This document shows positions 48,389-58,361 of a DNA stretch of 64,000 nt, piece by piece. Positions within the stretch are counted from its first letter, which is position 1. The number at the start of each line of letters is the position of its first letter. The stretch comes from a virus. The notes beneath the pieces are model-generated. The model saw nothing but the letters and a program-made list of their open reading frames with translations, was not told the origin of the DNA and did no database searches. Made by a program: the position numbers and the translations under genes. Where the stretch lies: positions 6,210 to 70,209 of IMG/VR virus record IMGVR_UViG_3300043446_003692; one strand, 5' to 3'.

Positions 48389-49224
48389 TGTTTAATCAGA
48401 TTTTTTATTTTCAAACTATAAGAAAATACGTTACTCTTTTTGGAACTTTATTCAACGAGATATCTATCACGAAAGAAAATCCTACTAGTGGTAGACTCGA
48501 GCAGCTGATTCGTGTTCCTATTACCTACGCCCCAAAGGAAAAAATGCTGGCGCGTGTACAAATGGATCCCAATATCGATCGACCATCTGCAACCGTAACA
48601 CTTCCTTATATGTCATTTGAGATGACGAATGTTGCTTACGACAGCAATCGTAAACTTATTACAACCAACAGAATTTCTAGAAAAGACGCTGATGATCCAA
48701 ACAAACTGAAATATCAGTACAACCCAGTTCCTTATAACTTCGGGTTTCGTCTTTATGTTTATGTAAAAAATGCTGAAGACGGAACTAAAATTATTGAACA
48801 GATTCTTCCGTATTTCACACCAGATTTTACAGTGTCGGTAAATTTGATTCCTGAAATGAATGTAACTATGGAAATTCCTGTAGTAATGAACAGCATTTAT
48901 CAGGAAGATACATATGAAGGAGACTTCAGAGAACGTCGTGCCATTATTTGGACTTTAGATTTTACTCTCAAGGGGTATATCTATGGACCAATTAAAAAGA
49001 GTGCAATTATTAAATACGCTAACACAGTATTTTATGTACCAGGCGCGACAACGAATATTGAAGATGCTCCAGGTGAAACACCATATCATCATTATACGGT
49101 AATTACACCTGGTATGTTAGCGAATGGAAGCCCAACATCAAATGGTGCAGCTTCTATTAGTCCACTGTTGATCGAAGTCGATGATGATTTCGGATATGTA
49201 ATTGAAACAACTTATGGCGTATGA
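48388..49224 (+). CDS. gp15: Tail sheath stabilizer/terminator gp15
   Basis: IRKYV.LFGTLFN, VPITYAPKEK, PVPYN, QILPYFTP, WTLDFT.KG. Confidence 0.93.
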   Translation: MFNQIFYFQTIRKYVTLFGTLFNEISITKENPTSGRLEQLIRVPITYAPKEKMLARVQMDPNIDRPSATVTLPYMSFEMTNVAYDSNRKLITTNRISRKDADDPNKLKYQYNPVPYNFGFRLYVYVKNAEDGTKIIEQILPYFTPDFTVSVNLIPEMNVTMEIPVVMNSIYQEDTYEGDFRERRAIIWTLDFTLKGYIYGPIKKSAIIKYANTVFYVPGATTNIEDAPGETPYHHYTVITPGMLANGSPTSNGAASISPLLIEVDDDFGYVIETTYGV

Positions 49225-49646
49225 TGGAAAACAAAAAACCAGATCCTATTAGTGATGCATTGAATCTCAATCCTATTGCAACAACTGATTCTGTAAAAGC
49301 GATTGTGGCGCAGGCTCACGACAATAGTGCAAAAAACGATTTCGAATTAGCTCGTTCAAACATTCATGAGGTAATTCAGAATGGTGTGTATGCGATGGAA
49401 AAGCTATCGCAAATCGCCGACAGTAGTCAGCATCCCAGAGCTTTCGAAGTTTTAGCTAAACTTATGGATACGATGCTGCAAGCCAACAAAGATTTGATGG
49501 CGCTACAGAAAGATATCCGCGAGATCGACGCGAAGGACGTTCCTACTAACGACCAAGCTAAAACAGTAACAAATAATTTGTTCGTTGGCTCCACAGCCGA
49601 TCTGCAAAAAGTAATCGAGAACATGAAAAATGGTGGATCTAACTAA
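49221..49646 (+). CDS. gp16: Terminase small subunit gp16
   Basis: DFELAR.N, HPRAFEV, NNLFVGSTADLQK. Confidence 0.92.
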   Translation: MMENKKPDPISDALNLNPIATTDSVKAIVAQAHDNSAKNDFELARSNIHEVIQNGVYAMEKLSQIADSSQHPRAFEVLAKLMDTMLQANKDLMALQKDIREIDAKDVPTNDQAKTVTNNLFVGSTADLQKVIENMKNGGSN

Positions 49647-51264
49647 TCTCAAAGGTTATAACGGCAATTTAAATCTCAAACGCTCGAACCAAAATATCGA
49701 GTGGACGCCAGACCTAGTTCAAGAATATATCAAATGTTCTCAGGATCCAGTGTATTTCACTGAGACCTATATGAAGATCATCAACATCGACCGTGGCTTG
49801 GTTAGCTTCAAACTGTACGGCTATCAGAAAGAAATGCTGAAGTCGATGCAGGAAAATCGTTTCAACATTATCGCCACAGCTCGTCAGGCAGGTAAGTCAA
49901 CGGTTACTTGCGCTTTCGTTCTATGGTATATTATTTTCCACGGCGAAAAGACAGTCGCATTGCTGGCGAACAAGGGCGAAACTGCTCGTGAAATCCTCGG
50001 TCGTATTCAGCTAGCATACCAGCATCTGCCACGCTGGTTGCAGCAGGGTGTCAAGGAATGGAACAAAGGCTCGATGGAGCTGGAAAACAACAGCCGTGTT
50101 ATCGCTGCTGCTACCAGTTCCGACGCTATCCGTGGTTATTCTATCAACCTTCTTTTTATCGACGAAGCTGCGTTCATTGAGAACTGGGACAGCTTCTTCA
50201 CTTCGGTTTATCCTACCATTTCATCTGGTAAAGAGTCTAAGATCGTTCTTGTTTCTACGCCGAATGGACTCAATCACTTCTATGCTATTTGGCAAAATGC
50301 TAACGAAAAACGTAATGGTTATACACCGATCAAGGTGATGTGGCAGGACGTTCCAGGTCGTGATGAAAAGTGGAAGCAAGATACGCTCGCATCAATGAAT
50401 TTCGATCACGAAAAGTTCGAACAGGAATATTGCGTCGAGTTTCTTGGTAGCTCTGGCACGCTGATTGCTGGCTGGAAGCTGAAAGAGTTGGTGCACAAAA
50501 CACCATTGACTCATAAGGACGGTTTATCACAGTATGTGCAGGTTTTACCAGGTCACAGCTATGTGTGCTTGGTCGACGTTTCCCGAGGCAAAGGATTAGA
50601 CCATTCAGCTTTCCACGTTCTTGACGTCACGCGCATGCCATACGAGCAGGTATGCGTGTACCGAAACAATATGATTACGCCTATCGACTACGCCGAAGTT
50701 ATATTCCGAGTTTGTAAGGCGTACAACAATGCATCCTGTTTGGTCGAAATTAACGATATCGGCGAACAGGTCGGGCACTCACTACACTACGATTTTGAGT
50801 ATGACAATGTGCTGTTTACTGAGAATGCTGGTCGTTCTGGTAAACGTATTACCTCTGGTTTCGGCTCAACTGTTGACAAGGGTATTCGTACTACTAAAAC
50901 AGTCAAGTCAGTTGGCTGTTCAATCCTAAAGCTGTTGATTGAGCAAAATCAGCTGATGGTGCACGACTTCCACACTATTGAAGAGCTGGCAACTTTTTCC
51001 AGAAAAGGTCAGAGCTACGAGGCTGAGGAAGGTAAACATGACGATCTCGTAATGGGGCTTGTTCTTTTCGCTTGGTTGTCAGATCAACAATATTTCAAGG
51101 ATTACACAAACATAAATACACTAATGAAATTACGAGAAAAAACTGAAGACGAGATTATGAACGACCTTACGCCTTTTGGATTTGTCGACAGCGGCGACGA
51201 TATGGCAGACATGATGGTGAATGAACCACGGGTTGGAAATTGGATGTTTAATGGGGATCTCTAA
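49630..51264 (+). CDS. gp17: Terminase large subunit gp17
   Basis: RQAGKST Walker A, LLFIDEAAF, STPNG, DVSRG.G.D, HDDLVM. Confidence 0.97.
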   Translation: MVDLTNLKGYNGNLNLKRSNQNIEWTPDLVQEYIKCSQDPVYFTETYMKIINIDRGLVSFKLYGYQKEMLKSMQENRFNIIATARQAGKSTVTCAFVLWYIIFHGEKTVALLANKGETAREILGRIQLAYQHLPRWLQQGVKEWNKGSMELENNSRVIAAATSSDAIRGYSINLLFIDEAAFIENWDSFFTSVYPTISSGKESKIVLVSTPNGLNHFYAIWQNANEKRNGYTPIKVMWQDVPGRDEKWKQDTLASMNFDHEKFEQEYCVEFLGSSGTLIAGWKLKELVHKTPLTHKDGLSQYVQVLPGHSYVCLVDVSRGKGLDHSAFHVLDVTRMPYEQVCVYRNNMITPIDYAEVIFRVCKAYNNASCLVEINDIGEQVGHSLHYDFEYDNVLFTENAGRSGKRITSGFGSTVDKGIRTTKTVKSVGCSILKLLIEQNQLMVHDFHTIEELATFSRKGQSYEAEEGKHDDLVMGLVLFAWLSDQQYFKDYTNINTLMKLREKTEDEIMNDLTPFGFVDSGDDMADMMVNEPRVGNWMFNGDL

Positions 51265-51275
51265 AAACAATAATT

Positions 51276-51283
51276 TATAAATA
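51276..51283 (+). promoter_or_regulatory. T4 late promoter TATAAATA
   Basis: Perfect consensus upstream of gp18. Confidence 0.85.
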
Positions 51284-51323
51284 ATTTCATGAAATTGTCT
51301 TTTTTCCATGGAAGGAGAAACAA

Positions 51324-53357
51324 ATGCCATTCCAAGTTAGTCCAGGTGTAAACGTATCCGAAATTGACCTTACTACGGTTGTTCCTGCAGTATCCACCAC
51401 TGATGGTGCTATTGCAGGTATTTTCAACTGGGGTCCAGTCCGCGAGCGTGTGCTTGTTGATAGTGAAAATCAACTCGTAGCTCGTTTCGGTAAACCAACA
51501 AACGATAATGCAGAAACTTGGTTTACTGCATCCAGTTTCCTTTCATACGGAAACAAGCTGAACGTAGTTCGCGCTGCCGACTCTAGTGTCGTTTCCGCTT
51601 TTGCGAATAGCGGTGCAGCTACTGCAAACCTAGTTAACTCGGTTCTTAACCAAACTGATTATCTGAACAAAGACGGATATTTCGACACTGATATCCAGTG
51701 GATTGCCAAGTATCCAGGTTCGTTCGGTAATTCGCTTCGTATTTCAGTTTGCGATAGCGCAAATGCTTTCAATTCAACTGTTAATATGACTTCAGATGCC
51801 AATACCTCTGGCACTCTTTCTATTACCGTAGGTTCTAATACTGGCGCTGTTATTGTTACTAACACCGCATCTGGTACTTTAGTTGAGGCTAACACTAATG
51901 CTCTTGCTTACGCAGCCACTCTTGCTGAAGGCGATTTAGTATTTGTTGGTAATAACGATGTAGGAACTCAGTATCTCAAGGTTACAGCTGTCAGTTCGAT
52001 TAGTACGAACTCAAGCTCCCGTTCCTTTACTATTTCGTTCGAAGATCCGCTACAGCTTCACACGAATATTTCGCAGTCTTCATTCAGCCGTTATTGGGAG
52101 TTCTTTAACGTAGTTGATGCTGCTCCAGGAACTTCTGAGTATGTTACTCAATTTGGTAATTCGGCTGCTAAAGACGAAATACATGCAGTAATCGTCGATC
52201 AGGGCGGCAAGTTCACTGGATCTCCAGGCACTATTCTCGAAACTTTCCGCGCTATGTCTCGCGCAACAGACGCCAAAACAATTGATGGTGGAACTAACTA
52301 CTACAAAACTATTATGAATGAACAGTCAAAGTATGTTTGGTTTGCCAATGATCGTTCTGGTGCAGTTTCAAATACAGCTCAATATGTTACTAGCTCTGCA
52401 GCAACTTCCGTATACAACGAAAGATTCAATAGCGGTGCTGAAGTAAATACCGAAGCGAATTGCTCAGTAGCTACCCTCGCTGCTGGTTACGATCTATTCC
52501 AATCAGCTGAAGATGTAGATATTTCTCTTGTTCTTACTGGTAAATCTGTTGGTGGTACTAACGGAGAACAGATTGGTAACTATCTAGTCGACAATATCGC
52601 AGAAATCCGTAAGGACTGCGTTGTATTCATTTCGCCAGCTAAGGCAGACGTAGTTAATGCTCTCGGCACAGAAGCATCTAACATCGTTCAGTTCCGCAAT
52701 AGCTGCCGCGATACTTCATACGCTGTACTTGACTCTGGTTACAAGTACATGTACGACCGTTATAACGATCTGTATCGTTGGATTCCTCTCAATGGTGACA
52801 TTGCTGGTCTCTGCGTTCGTACAGACACAACCAATGATCCATGGTGGTCACCAGCTGGCTTCAACCGTGGTCAGATTAAGAACATCGTGAAACTTGCGTA
52901 TAACCCACGCAAGGCAGATCGTGACACACTTTATAAGTCTGGTATCAACCCAGTAGTAACATTCCCAGGTCAGGGTACTGTTCTATTCGGTGACAAGACT
53001 CTTCAGTCTAAGCCATCTGCATTCGATCGTATTAACGTGCGTCGTTTGTTTATCGTTCTAGAGAAGGCTATCTCAACTGCTGCGAAGTTTACTCTGTTCG
53101 AATTCAACGATGCATTTACTCGTTCGCAGTTCAAAAACCTTGTAACACCATATCTTCGTGACGTCAAGGGTCGTCGTGGTATCACTGACTTCCTTGTTGT
53201 TTGCGATGAAACTAATAACACTGGTGAGGTTATTGACCGCAACGAGTTCGTCGGTGACATCTATATCAAGCCAGCTCGCTCTATCAACTTTATCCAGCTT
53301 AACTTCGTTGCTGTTCGCTCTGGCGTCCAGTTCTCTGAAGTTGTTGGTCAGTTCTAA
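51324..53357 (+). CDS. gp18: Tail sheath protein gp18
   Basis: SPGV...EIDLT, WGP, PWWSPAGFNRG, FDRINVRRLF, IKPARSINFI. Confidence 0.97.
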   Translation: MPFQVSPGVNVSEIDLTTVVPAVSTTDGAIAGIFNWGPVRERVLVDSENQLVARFGKPTNDNAETWFTASSFLSYGNKLNVVRAADSSVVSAFANSGAATANLVNSVLNQTDYLNKDGYFDTDIQWIAKYPGSFGNSLRISVCDSANAFNSTVNMTSDANTSGTLSITVGSNTGAVIVTNTASGTLVEANTNALAYAATLAEGDLVFVGNNDVGTQYLKVTAVSSISTNSSSRSFTISFEDPLQLHTNISQSSFSRYWEFFNVVDAAPGTSEYVTQFGNSAAKDEIHAVIVDQGGKFTGSPGTILETFRAMSRATDAKTIDGGTNYYKTIMNEQSKYVWFANDRSGAVSNTAQYVTSSAATSVYNERFNSGAEVNTEANCSVATLAAGYDLFQSAEDVDISLVLTGKSVGGTNGEQIGNYLVDNIAEIRKDCVVFISPAKADVVNALGTEASNIVQFRNSCRDTSYAVLDSGYKYMYDRYNDLYRWIPLNGDIAGLCVRTDTTNDPWWSPAGFNRGQIKNIVKLAYNPRKADRDTLYKSGINPVVTFPGQGTVLFGDKTLQSKPSAFDRINVRRLFIVLEKAISTAAKFTLFEFNDAFTRSQFKNLVTPYLRDVKGRRGITDFLVVCDETNNTGEVIDRNEFVGDIYIKPARSINFIQLNFVAVRSGVQFSEVVGQF

Positions 53358-53363
53358 TAAATA
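53356..53363 (+). promoter_or_regulatory. Late promoter AATAAATA
   Basis: NATAAATA upstream of gp19. Confidence 0.65.
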
Positions 53364-53389
53364 AAGAAGAGCTAATAGGAGTTTAAAAG

Positions 53390-53974
53390 ATGGCATTCAA
53401 TGTTAACGAATTTATCGCAAGAGGGTTGGAGTTTGGTGGCGCCAGACCATCGCTCTTCAACGTGTTCCTCAATCCTCCTGCAGGATTAGGAATCGAAGCA
53501 TCAAGCATTAGTAAATTTACTTTTGCTTGCCAAGGCGCACAGCTTCCAGCAGCCTCGATCTCACAGATCGAGGTTCCTTACTTCGGTCGCAGAATTAAGG
53601 TGGCGGGCGAGCGTACTTTCGACAACTGGACTGTTTCAATTATGAACGACGAGGACTTCAAGGTCCGCGCTCTGTTTGAAAAGTGGTCAAACGCTCTTAA
53701 TTCTCTGGAAGGCAACCAACGTATTGCCAACCTCAATGAAGAGAATTACAAGGCAGACCTCGAAGTATTCCAGTATGGTAAGGATGGTTCAATTATTAGA
53801 GGCTATAGAATCATCGGCGCTTTCCCAACAGATATCTCAGCAATTGATGTTAACTGGAGTTCAACTGGCGCAATTGAGTCGTTCAACGTGACATTCGCGT
53901 ACGACTACTGGGAGCCAAGCGTTGAGTCTATTGGTACTAACCAATACGCTCAGGACGTTTCAGCTAACTTCTAA
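53390..53974 (+). CDS. gp19: Tail tube protein gp19
   Basis: GARPSLF, LPA......IEVPYFGRRIKVAGERTFDNW, F.VTFAYDYW. Confidence 0.95.
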   Translation: MAFNVNEFIARGLEFGGARPSLFNVFLNPPAGLGIEASSISKFTFACQGAQLPAASISQIEVPYFGRRIKVAGERTFDNWTVSIMNDEDFKVRALFEKWSNALNSLEGNQRIANLNEENYKADLEVFQYGKDGSIIRGYRIIGAFPTDISAIDVNWSSTGAIESFNVTFAYDYWEPSVESIGTNQYAQDVSANF

Positions 53975-54015
53975 TTGAATTAATAAATTTCATAATGCGC
54001 CTCTGAAACAATATA

Positions 54016-54045
54016 GAAGGGGGCTATATTAGTCCCTTTCTTTTT
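54016..54045 (+). terminator. Probable Rho-independent terminator after gp19
   Basis: GAAGGGGGCTA-TAT-TAGTCCCTTTC hairpin followed by TTTTT. Confidence 0.6.
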
Positions 54046-54056
54046 AGGAGATTTTG

Positions 54057-55769
54057 ATGGCAGAATTATTCGGCTGGGAATTTAAGCGTAAAAAAGAACT
54101 AGATCCTATACCATCGTTTGCGCCTAAAGAGCAAGAAGACGGTGCAGTTGTTATTGCAGCTGGTGGTTCGTTTGGTACATATGTTGATCTCGATGGTACT
54201 GTTAGAACAGAAGCCGAACTAGTAACAAAATATCGCGAAATGTCACTGCAGCCAGAATGCGACGCAGCAGTTGACGAAATCGTTAATGAAATTATGTCAA
54301 TCGATGAAACTAAAATTGTTTCAATTATTCTCGACGACATCGAACTATCCGAAAAAGTTAAGAAAGCTATTCGTGAAGAGTTCGACAACTGCCTAAACAT
54401 TCTCAACTTCAATCGCCAAGCGTATGAAATAGTTCGTCGTTGGTATATTGATGGTCGTTTGTATTATCACATTCTAGTTGATGAATCTGATTTGAAGGCT
54501 GGTATCAAAGAAGTTCGTTACATAGATCCACGTAAGATACGTAAGGTTAGAGAAATCGCCAAAAAGCGTGTTAAGGGTGGAGAAATGGCAGAAGCTGTCA
54601 TTCAAAAAACTCAGAACGAATATTATATTTTCAATGACAAAGGTTTCAATTACGGCAACAAGGCAGTAGGTCCAAGCACCACTGGCTTACGCATTGCTAA
54701 AGATTCAATCCTTCATATTACCTCTGGTTTAACTGATACACAGGGCACAATGGTTCTGTCGTATCTTCATAAAGCTATTAAGGCGTTGAACCAGCTGCGC
54801 ACACTCGAAGACGCGCTGGTAATTTATCGTTTAGCTCGTGCACCAGAACGTCGTATTTGGTATATTGACGTAGGTAATCTGCCAAAGATGAAGGCAGAGC
54901 AGTACGTCCGCGATATCATGGTCAAGCACAAAAACCGTTTGATCTATGACGCATCAACTGGTGAAATTCGCGACGACCGCAAGTTCATGACCATGCTTGA
55001 AGATTACTGGCTTCCACGTCGCGAAGGTGGTCGTGGTACTGAAGTTACTACACTGGCTGGTGGTCAGACACTTGGTCAGATGGATGACGTTCTGTATTTC
55101 CAAAAGAAGTTTCTACAAACACTCAACGTTCCAGTAAATCGTCTTAACTCTGATGCGCTGTTCTCACTCGGACGCGCGACAGAAGTTACTCGCGACGAAT
55201 TGAAGTTTGCTCGTTTCATTTCACGTTTGCGCGGGCGTTTCGCTACAATTTTTATTAAGATGCTTGAAAAGCAGTTAGTGCTGAAACAAATTATGACTAT
55301 CGAAGATTTTGCTCTTATTCAGCAAAAGATTCGTTTTGACTTTGCCAAGGATAACTACTTCACTGAGCTCAAGGATGCTGAAATTCTTGACAATCGCATT
55401 AGCCTCGCACGTAATTTCCAAGATATGGTTGGCAAATATTATTCTAACGAGTGGGTTCGTAAAAATGTTCTCAAACAGTCAGATGACGAAATTGAGGATA
55501 TGGATGAGGAAATCGCTGAAGAAAAAGATAATCCGCAGTATATGGATCCAATGATGCAACAGGGCATGATGAATCCTTCTGGCGATATGCAACAGCAAAA
55601 TTTCCAACCCGACACTTCAACTGATCAGATGCCTGCAGATCAAGCAATTAGTAATCGATTACAAGATGCACAGGCTACTTACGAACTACTGAAAAACAAA
55701 AGAAATCGTACACTAAAAGATGAGGCAGATTTGAAATCTGCAGCTCAAATATTGGCTAAAAATAAATAA
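54057..55769 (+). CDS. gp20: Portal protein gp20
   Basis: RRWYIDGRL, YIDPRKIRK, YRLARAPERR.WYIDVGNLPK.KAEQY, EDYWLPRREGGRGTE. Confidence 0.97.
   Translation: MAELFGWEFKRKKELDPIPSFAPKEQEDGAVVIAAGGSFGTYVDLDGTVRTEAELVTKYREMSLQPECDAAVDEIVNEIMSIDETKIVSIILDDIELSEKVKKAIREEFDNCLNILNFNRQAYEIVRRWYIDGRLYYHILVDESDLKAGIKEVRYIDPRKIRKVREIAKKRVKGGEMAEAVIQKTQNEYYIFNDKGFNYGNKAVGPSTTGLRIAKDSILHITSGLTDTQGTMVLSYLHKAIKALNQLRTLEDALVIYRLARAPERRIWYIDVGNLPKMKAEQYVRDIMVKHKNRLIYDASTGEIRDDRKFMTMLEDYWLPRREGGRGTEVTTLAGGQTLGQMDDVLYFQKKFLQTLNVPVNRLNSDALFSLGRATEVTRDELKFARFISRLRGRFATIFIKMLEKQLVLKQIMTIEDFALIQQKIRFDFAKDNYFTELKDAEILDNRISLARNFQDMVGKYYSNEWVRKNVLKQSDDEIEDMDEEIAEEKDNPQYMDPMMQQGMMNPSGDMQQQNFQPDTSTDQMPADQAISNRLQDAQATYELLKNKRNRTLKDEADLKSAAQILAKNK
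55761..55768 (+). promoter_or_regulatory. Late promoter AATAAATA
   Basis: NATAAATA upstream of the prohead core genes. Confidence 0.55.
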
Positions 55770-55781
55770 TTGGAGTTGATT

Positions 55782-56057
55782 ATGGATAATGAAAACACAT
55801 ACACAGTAACTGATTTATTGAGTTTTGCTCATCAGCAAAAGCCAATTGATTTTGAAAATGCATTTACAAGTATTATGGCTGACAAAATGATAGCAGCCAT
55901 TGATGCTAAAAAGGTAGAAGTTGCTTCTAGTTTATATTCTTCTGCTGAAGAAATTGATAGCGAAGAAGAAACTGATGAAGCTGATGAAATAGATTACGAA
56001 TCAGAAGAAGAACAAGAAGAAACACCAGAGGAATCTAACGATGGCGAAACAGCTTAA
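55782..56057 (+). CDS. Prohead core protein (gp67-like)
   Basis: Small acidic protein directly after gp20. Confidence 0.6.
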   Translation: MDNENTYTVTDLLSFAHQQKPIDFENAFTSIMADKMIAAIDAKKVEVASSLYSSAEEIDSEEETDEADEIDYESEEEQEETPEESNDGETA

Positions 56058-57399
56058 AGACATTTTGAAGGCAGCGAGCGATACTATTAAGGGTGTTCGT
56101 CCTTCAACCACAACCGATCTTTCGCTCGGCAAAGATCCTGGTGTTGACTACGATCCAAAAGCTAAGGACGAGCAGGATTTCGTAGCAAAGCATTCAGTCC
56201 AGAAGTGGGATGATCCTAACGGTAACGGTTCTGACGTGTTTCAGGCTACCAATATCAAGCACTCACAGGTCGATGAGCCACACGGTTATAAAAAGCCAAA
56301 GGACAAGAAGGTAAACGAAGAGTCTTTTGACGAAGCGTGGATTGTTACTCATAAGGATGGCAAGGTAACAACTCACGCAGGACAAAGAGACGCTCTTAAG
56401 GCATCCAAATCTTCTCCTGGTTCAAAGGTTTCAGCAACTCATGGCGCCATGGGTCAAAGAGCGCATGCTGTTCTTGAACCACACCAGCGTGGCGATATGG
56501 GAACATTTAGCGCTGCTGGCTACACCCCGCCTAAAAAGAAAAAGAAAATGAAGGAAGAAGCCGAACTCGATGAAGGCTCGTATTCAGGAACACCAAGTCA
56601 AACAAAATTAGTTTTCAGTGGTTCTCCATCACATACTTCTAAGAAGGCTGCTGACTATAAAAAGCGTGGCTACGAAGTTCACTCAATTAAAAAACACACC
56701 AGTGGATCGTTTGGCGATAATGCTGAAAAGCACACATACACGATGCTTCATAAAAGCGTAAAAGAAGAAGTCGAGCAGGTCGATGAAGTATTGACCAAGA
56801 AGGAACCAGCATCAACATGGATCCGCGACTTCGTACATTCAAAGAATCCAAAGTTTGCTGGCAAGTCAAAGAAAGAGCGTCAGCGTATGGCTCTTGGCGC
56901 TTACTACGCAAAGCAGCGCAATGAAGAAGTTGAAGAGCTCGATGAGCGCGATATGGTTAACAAGGCTAAAAAAGATGCTGCAATACAAAAGATTGGATCA
57001 CAGCACAAAGATGAAAAACATTTAGGCGATAGAATGCGCACAAGTGTAGCAAATAAGATTCGTGGTCGCGAAGTAACACAAGGTAAAAATCGAGTTCAAG
57101 AAAATTTAGCTATCCCACTACTTGGCGGCATGGATGACGACGAATCAGCCGAAATGGCAAAGGCGCAACTCAAGGCACTAGCCGCTAAGGCAAATGCTCT
57201 TGCTGACCAGCTGTCTGACGATCTGATGATCGAGCCATGGGTGCAGTCAAAGATCGCTGTTGCAAAAGACTATGTAACTTCGGTACACGATTACATGATC
57301 TACGGCGAACACGATAAGAATAATGAACAAACTGGACCAGACACACCAATGACATTTCCTAATATGTCAGTAGATGTAAATACAGGACACAACGTATGA
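56041..57399 (+). CDS. Prohead core/internal head protein with repeated acidic linkers
   Basis: Lies between gp20 and gp21; basic modules separated by (K/N)EE...DE linkers. Confidence 0.6.
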   Translation: MAKQLKDILKAASDTIKGVRPSTTTDLSLGKDPGVDYDPKAKDEQDFVAKHSVQKWDDPNGNGSDVFQATNIKHSQVDEPHGYKKPKDKKVNEESFDEAWIVTHKDGKVTTHAGQRDALKASKSSPGSKVSATHGAMGQRAHAVLEPHQRGDMGTFSAAGYTPPKKKKKMKEEAELDEGSYSGTPSQTKLVFSGSPSHTSKKAADYKKRGYEVHSIKKHTSGSFGDNAEKHTYTMLHKSVKEEVEQVDEVLTKKEPASTWIRDFVHSKNPKFAGKSKKERQRMALGAYYAKQRNEEVEELDERDMVNKAKKDAAIQKIGSQHKDEKHLGDRMRTSVANKIRGREVTQGKNRVQENLAIPLLGGMDDDESAEMAKAQLKALAAKANALADQLSDDLMIEPWVQSKIAVAKDYVTSVHDYMIYGEHDKNNEQTGPDTPMTFPNMSVDVNTGHNV

Positions 57400-57650
57400 G
57401 TTCGATTATTAAACCGCTAGCAAACACAATTGATATCAGCTCGACTGCTAACAATATGGGCGGCGCAACAATTATTAAAGTTGTCAACACTGGCGCATAT
57501 GCTACGCTAGTTTTTAAGTATGCTAATAATGTGCAGTATGCAGATTTACCAGTAGCAAATGGCGAAAGCGTGATTGTTCAAAAAGAATCTACAGATATTA
57601 TTCTCGGCTCAAATATGAGAGCTGCAGCAATAGCTTGGCCAAAAGGATAA
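57396..57650 (+). CDS. Small hypothetical virion protein
   Basis: 84 aa ORF upstream of gp21. Confidence 0.6.
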   Translation: MSSIIKPLANTIDISSTANNMGGATIIKVVNTGAYATLVFKYANNVQYADLPVANGESVIVQKESTDIILGSNMRAAAIAWPKG

Positions 57651-57654
57651 AAAA

Positions 57655-58326
57655 ATGAAGCTCATTACAGAGTTAGTCGAAGAAGTTCAATATATCGCCG
57701 AAGCTAAAGAAAACGGTGACAAGGAACACTTCATTGAAGGCATTTTCCTTCAGGCTAACAGAAAAAACAGAAACGGTCGTATTTATCCTATTAACATCAT
57801 GGAGCGTGAAGTTGAACGCTACATGAGAGATGTTGTAGCGAACAATCGCGCGTATGGCGAGCTTGGTCACCCAGAGGGTCCATCAATTAATCTTGACCGT
57901 GTTTCTCACATTATTACAGAACTCCGTCGCGATGGCGACAACTTCATCGGTAAGGCAAAATTAACAGACACTCCAATGGGCAACATTGCAAGAGGTTTGT
58001 TAAAGTCAGGCGCTAACCTTGGCGTATCTTCGCGTGGTATGGGTTCGCTTATTCCACGTAAGGATGGCATTATGGAAGTTCAGGATGACTTCCGTTTGGC
58101 TACTGCTGCTGATATTGTTGCTGATCCATCTGCTCCAGACGCATTCGTTAAGGGCATTATGGAAGGCGTTGAATGGGTTTACGATCCAGTAAAAGATACA
58201 TGGCACGAACAAAAACTTGAGGAAATCAAGAAGTCTGTTCATAAAATGTCGAAGTCAAATCTCGAAGAACAGAAAATGGCCATTTTCGAGAACTATATCA
58301 GTTCTTTAATGTTTAGAAAAAAATAA
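57655..58326 (+). CDS. gp21: Prohead protease gp21
   Basis: MKLITE, IEGIFLQA..KNRNGR.YP, GELGHP, GVSSRGMGS, DIVADPSAPDAFV. Confidence 0.97.
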   Translation: MKLITELVEEVQYIAEAKENGDKEHFIEGIFLQANRKNRNGRIYPINIMEREVERYMRDVVANNRAYGELGHPEGPSINLDRVSHIITELRRDGDNFIGKAKLTDTPMGNIARGLLKSGANLGVSSRGMGSLIPRKDGIMEVQDDFRLATAADIVADPSAPDAFVKGIMEGVEWVYDPVKDTWHEQKLEEIKKSVHKMSKSNLEEQKMAIFENYISSLMFRKK

Positions 58327-58327
58327 A

Positions 58328-58335
58328 TATAAATA
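58328..58335 (+). promoter_or_regulatory. T4 late promoter TATAAATA
   Basis: Perfect consensus upstream of gp22. Confidence 0.85.
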
Positions 58336-58361
58336 ATTGAAATTCCAAAGGGAGACCTTAA

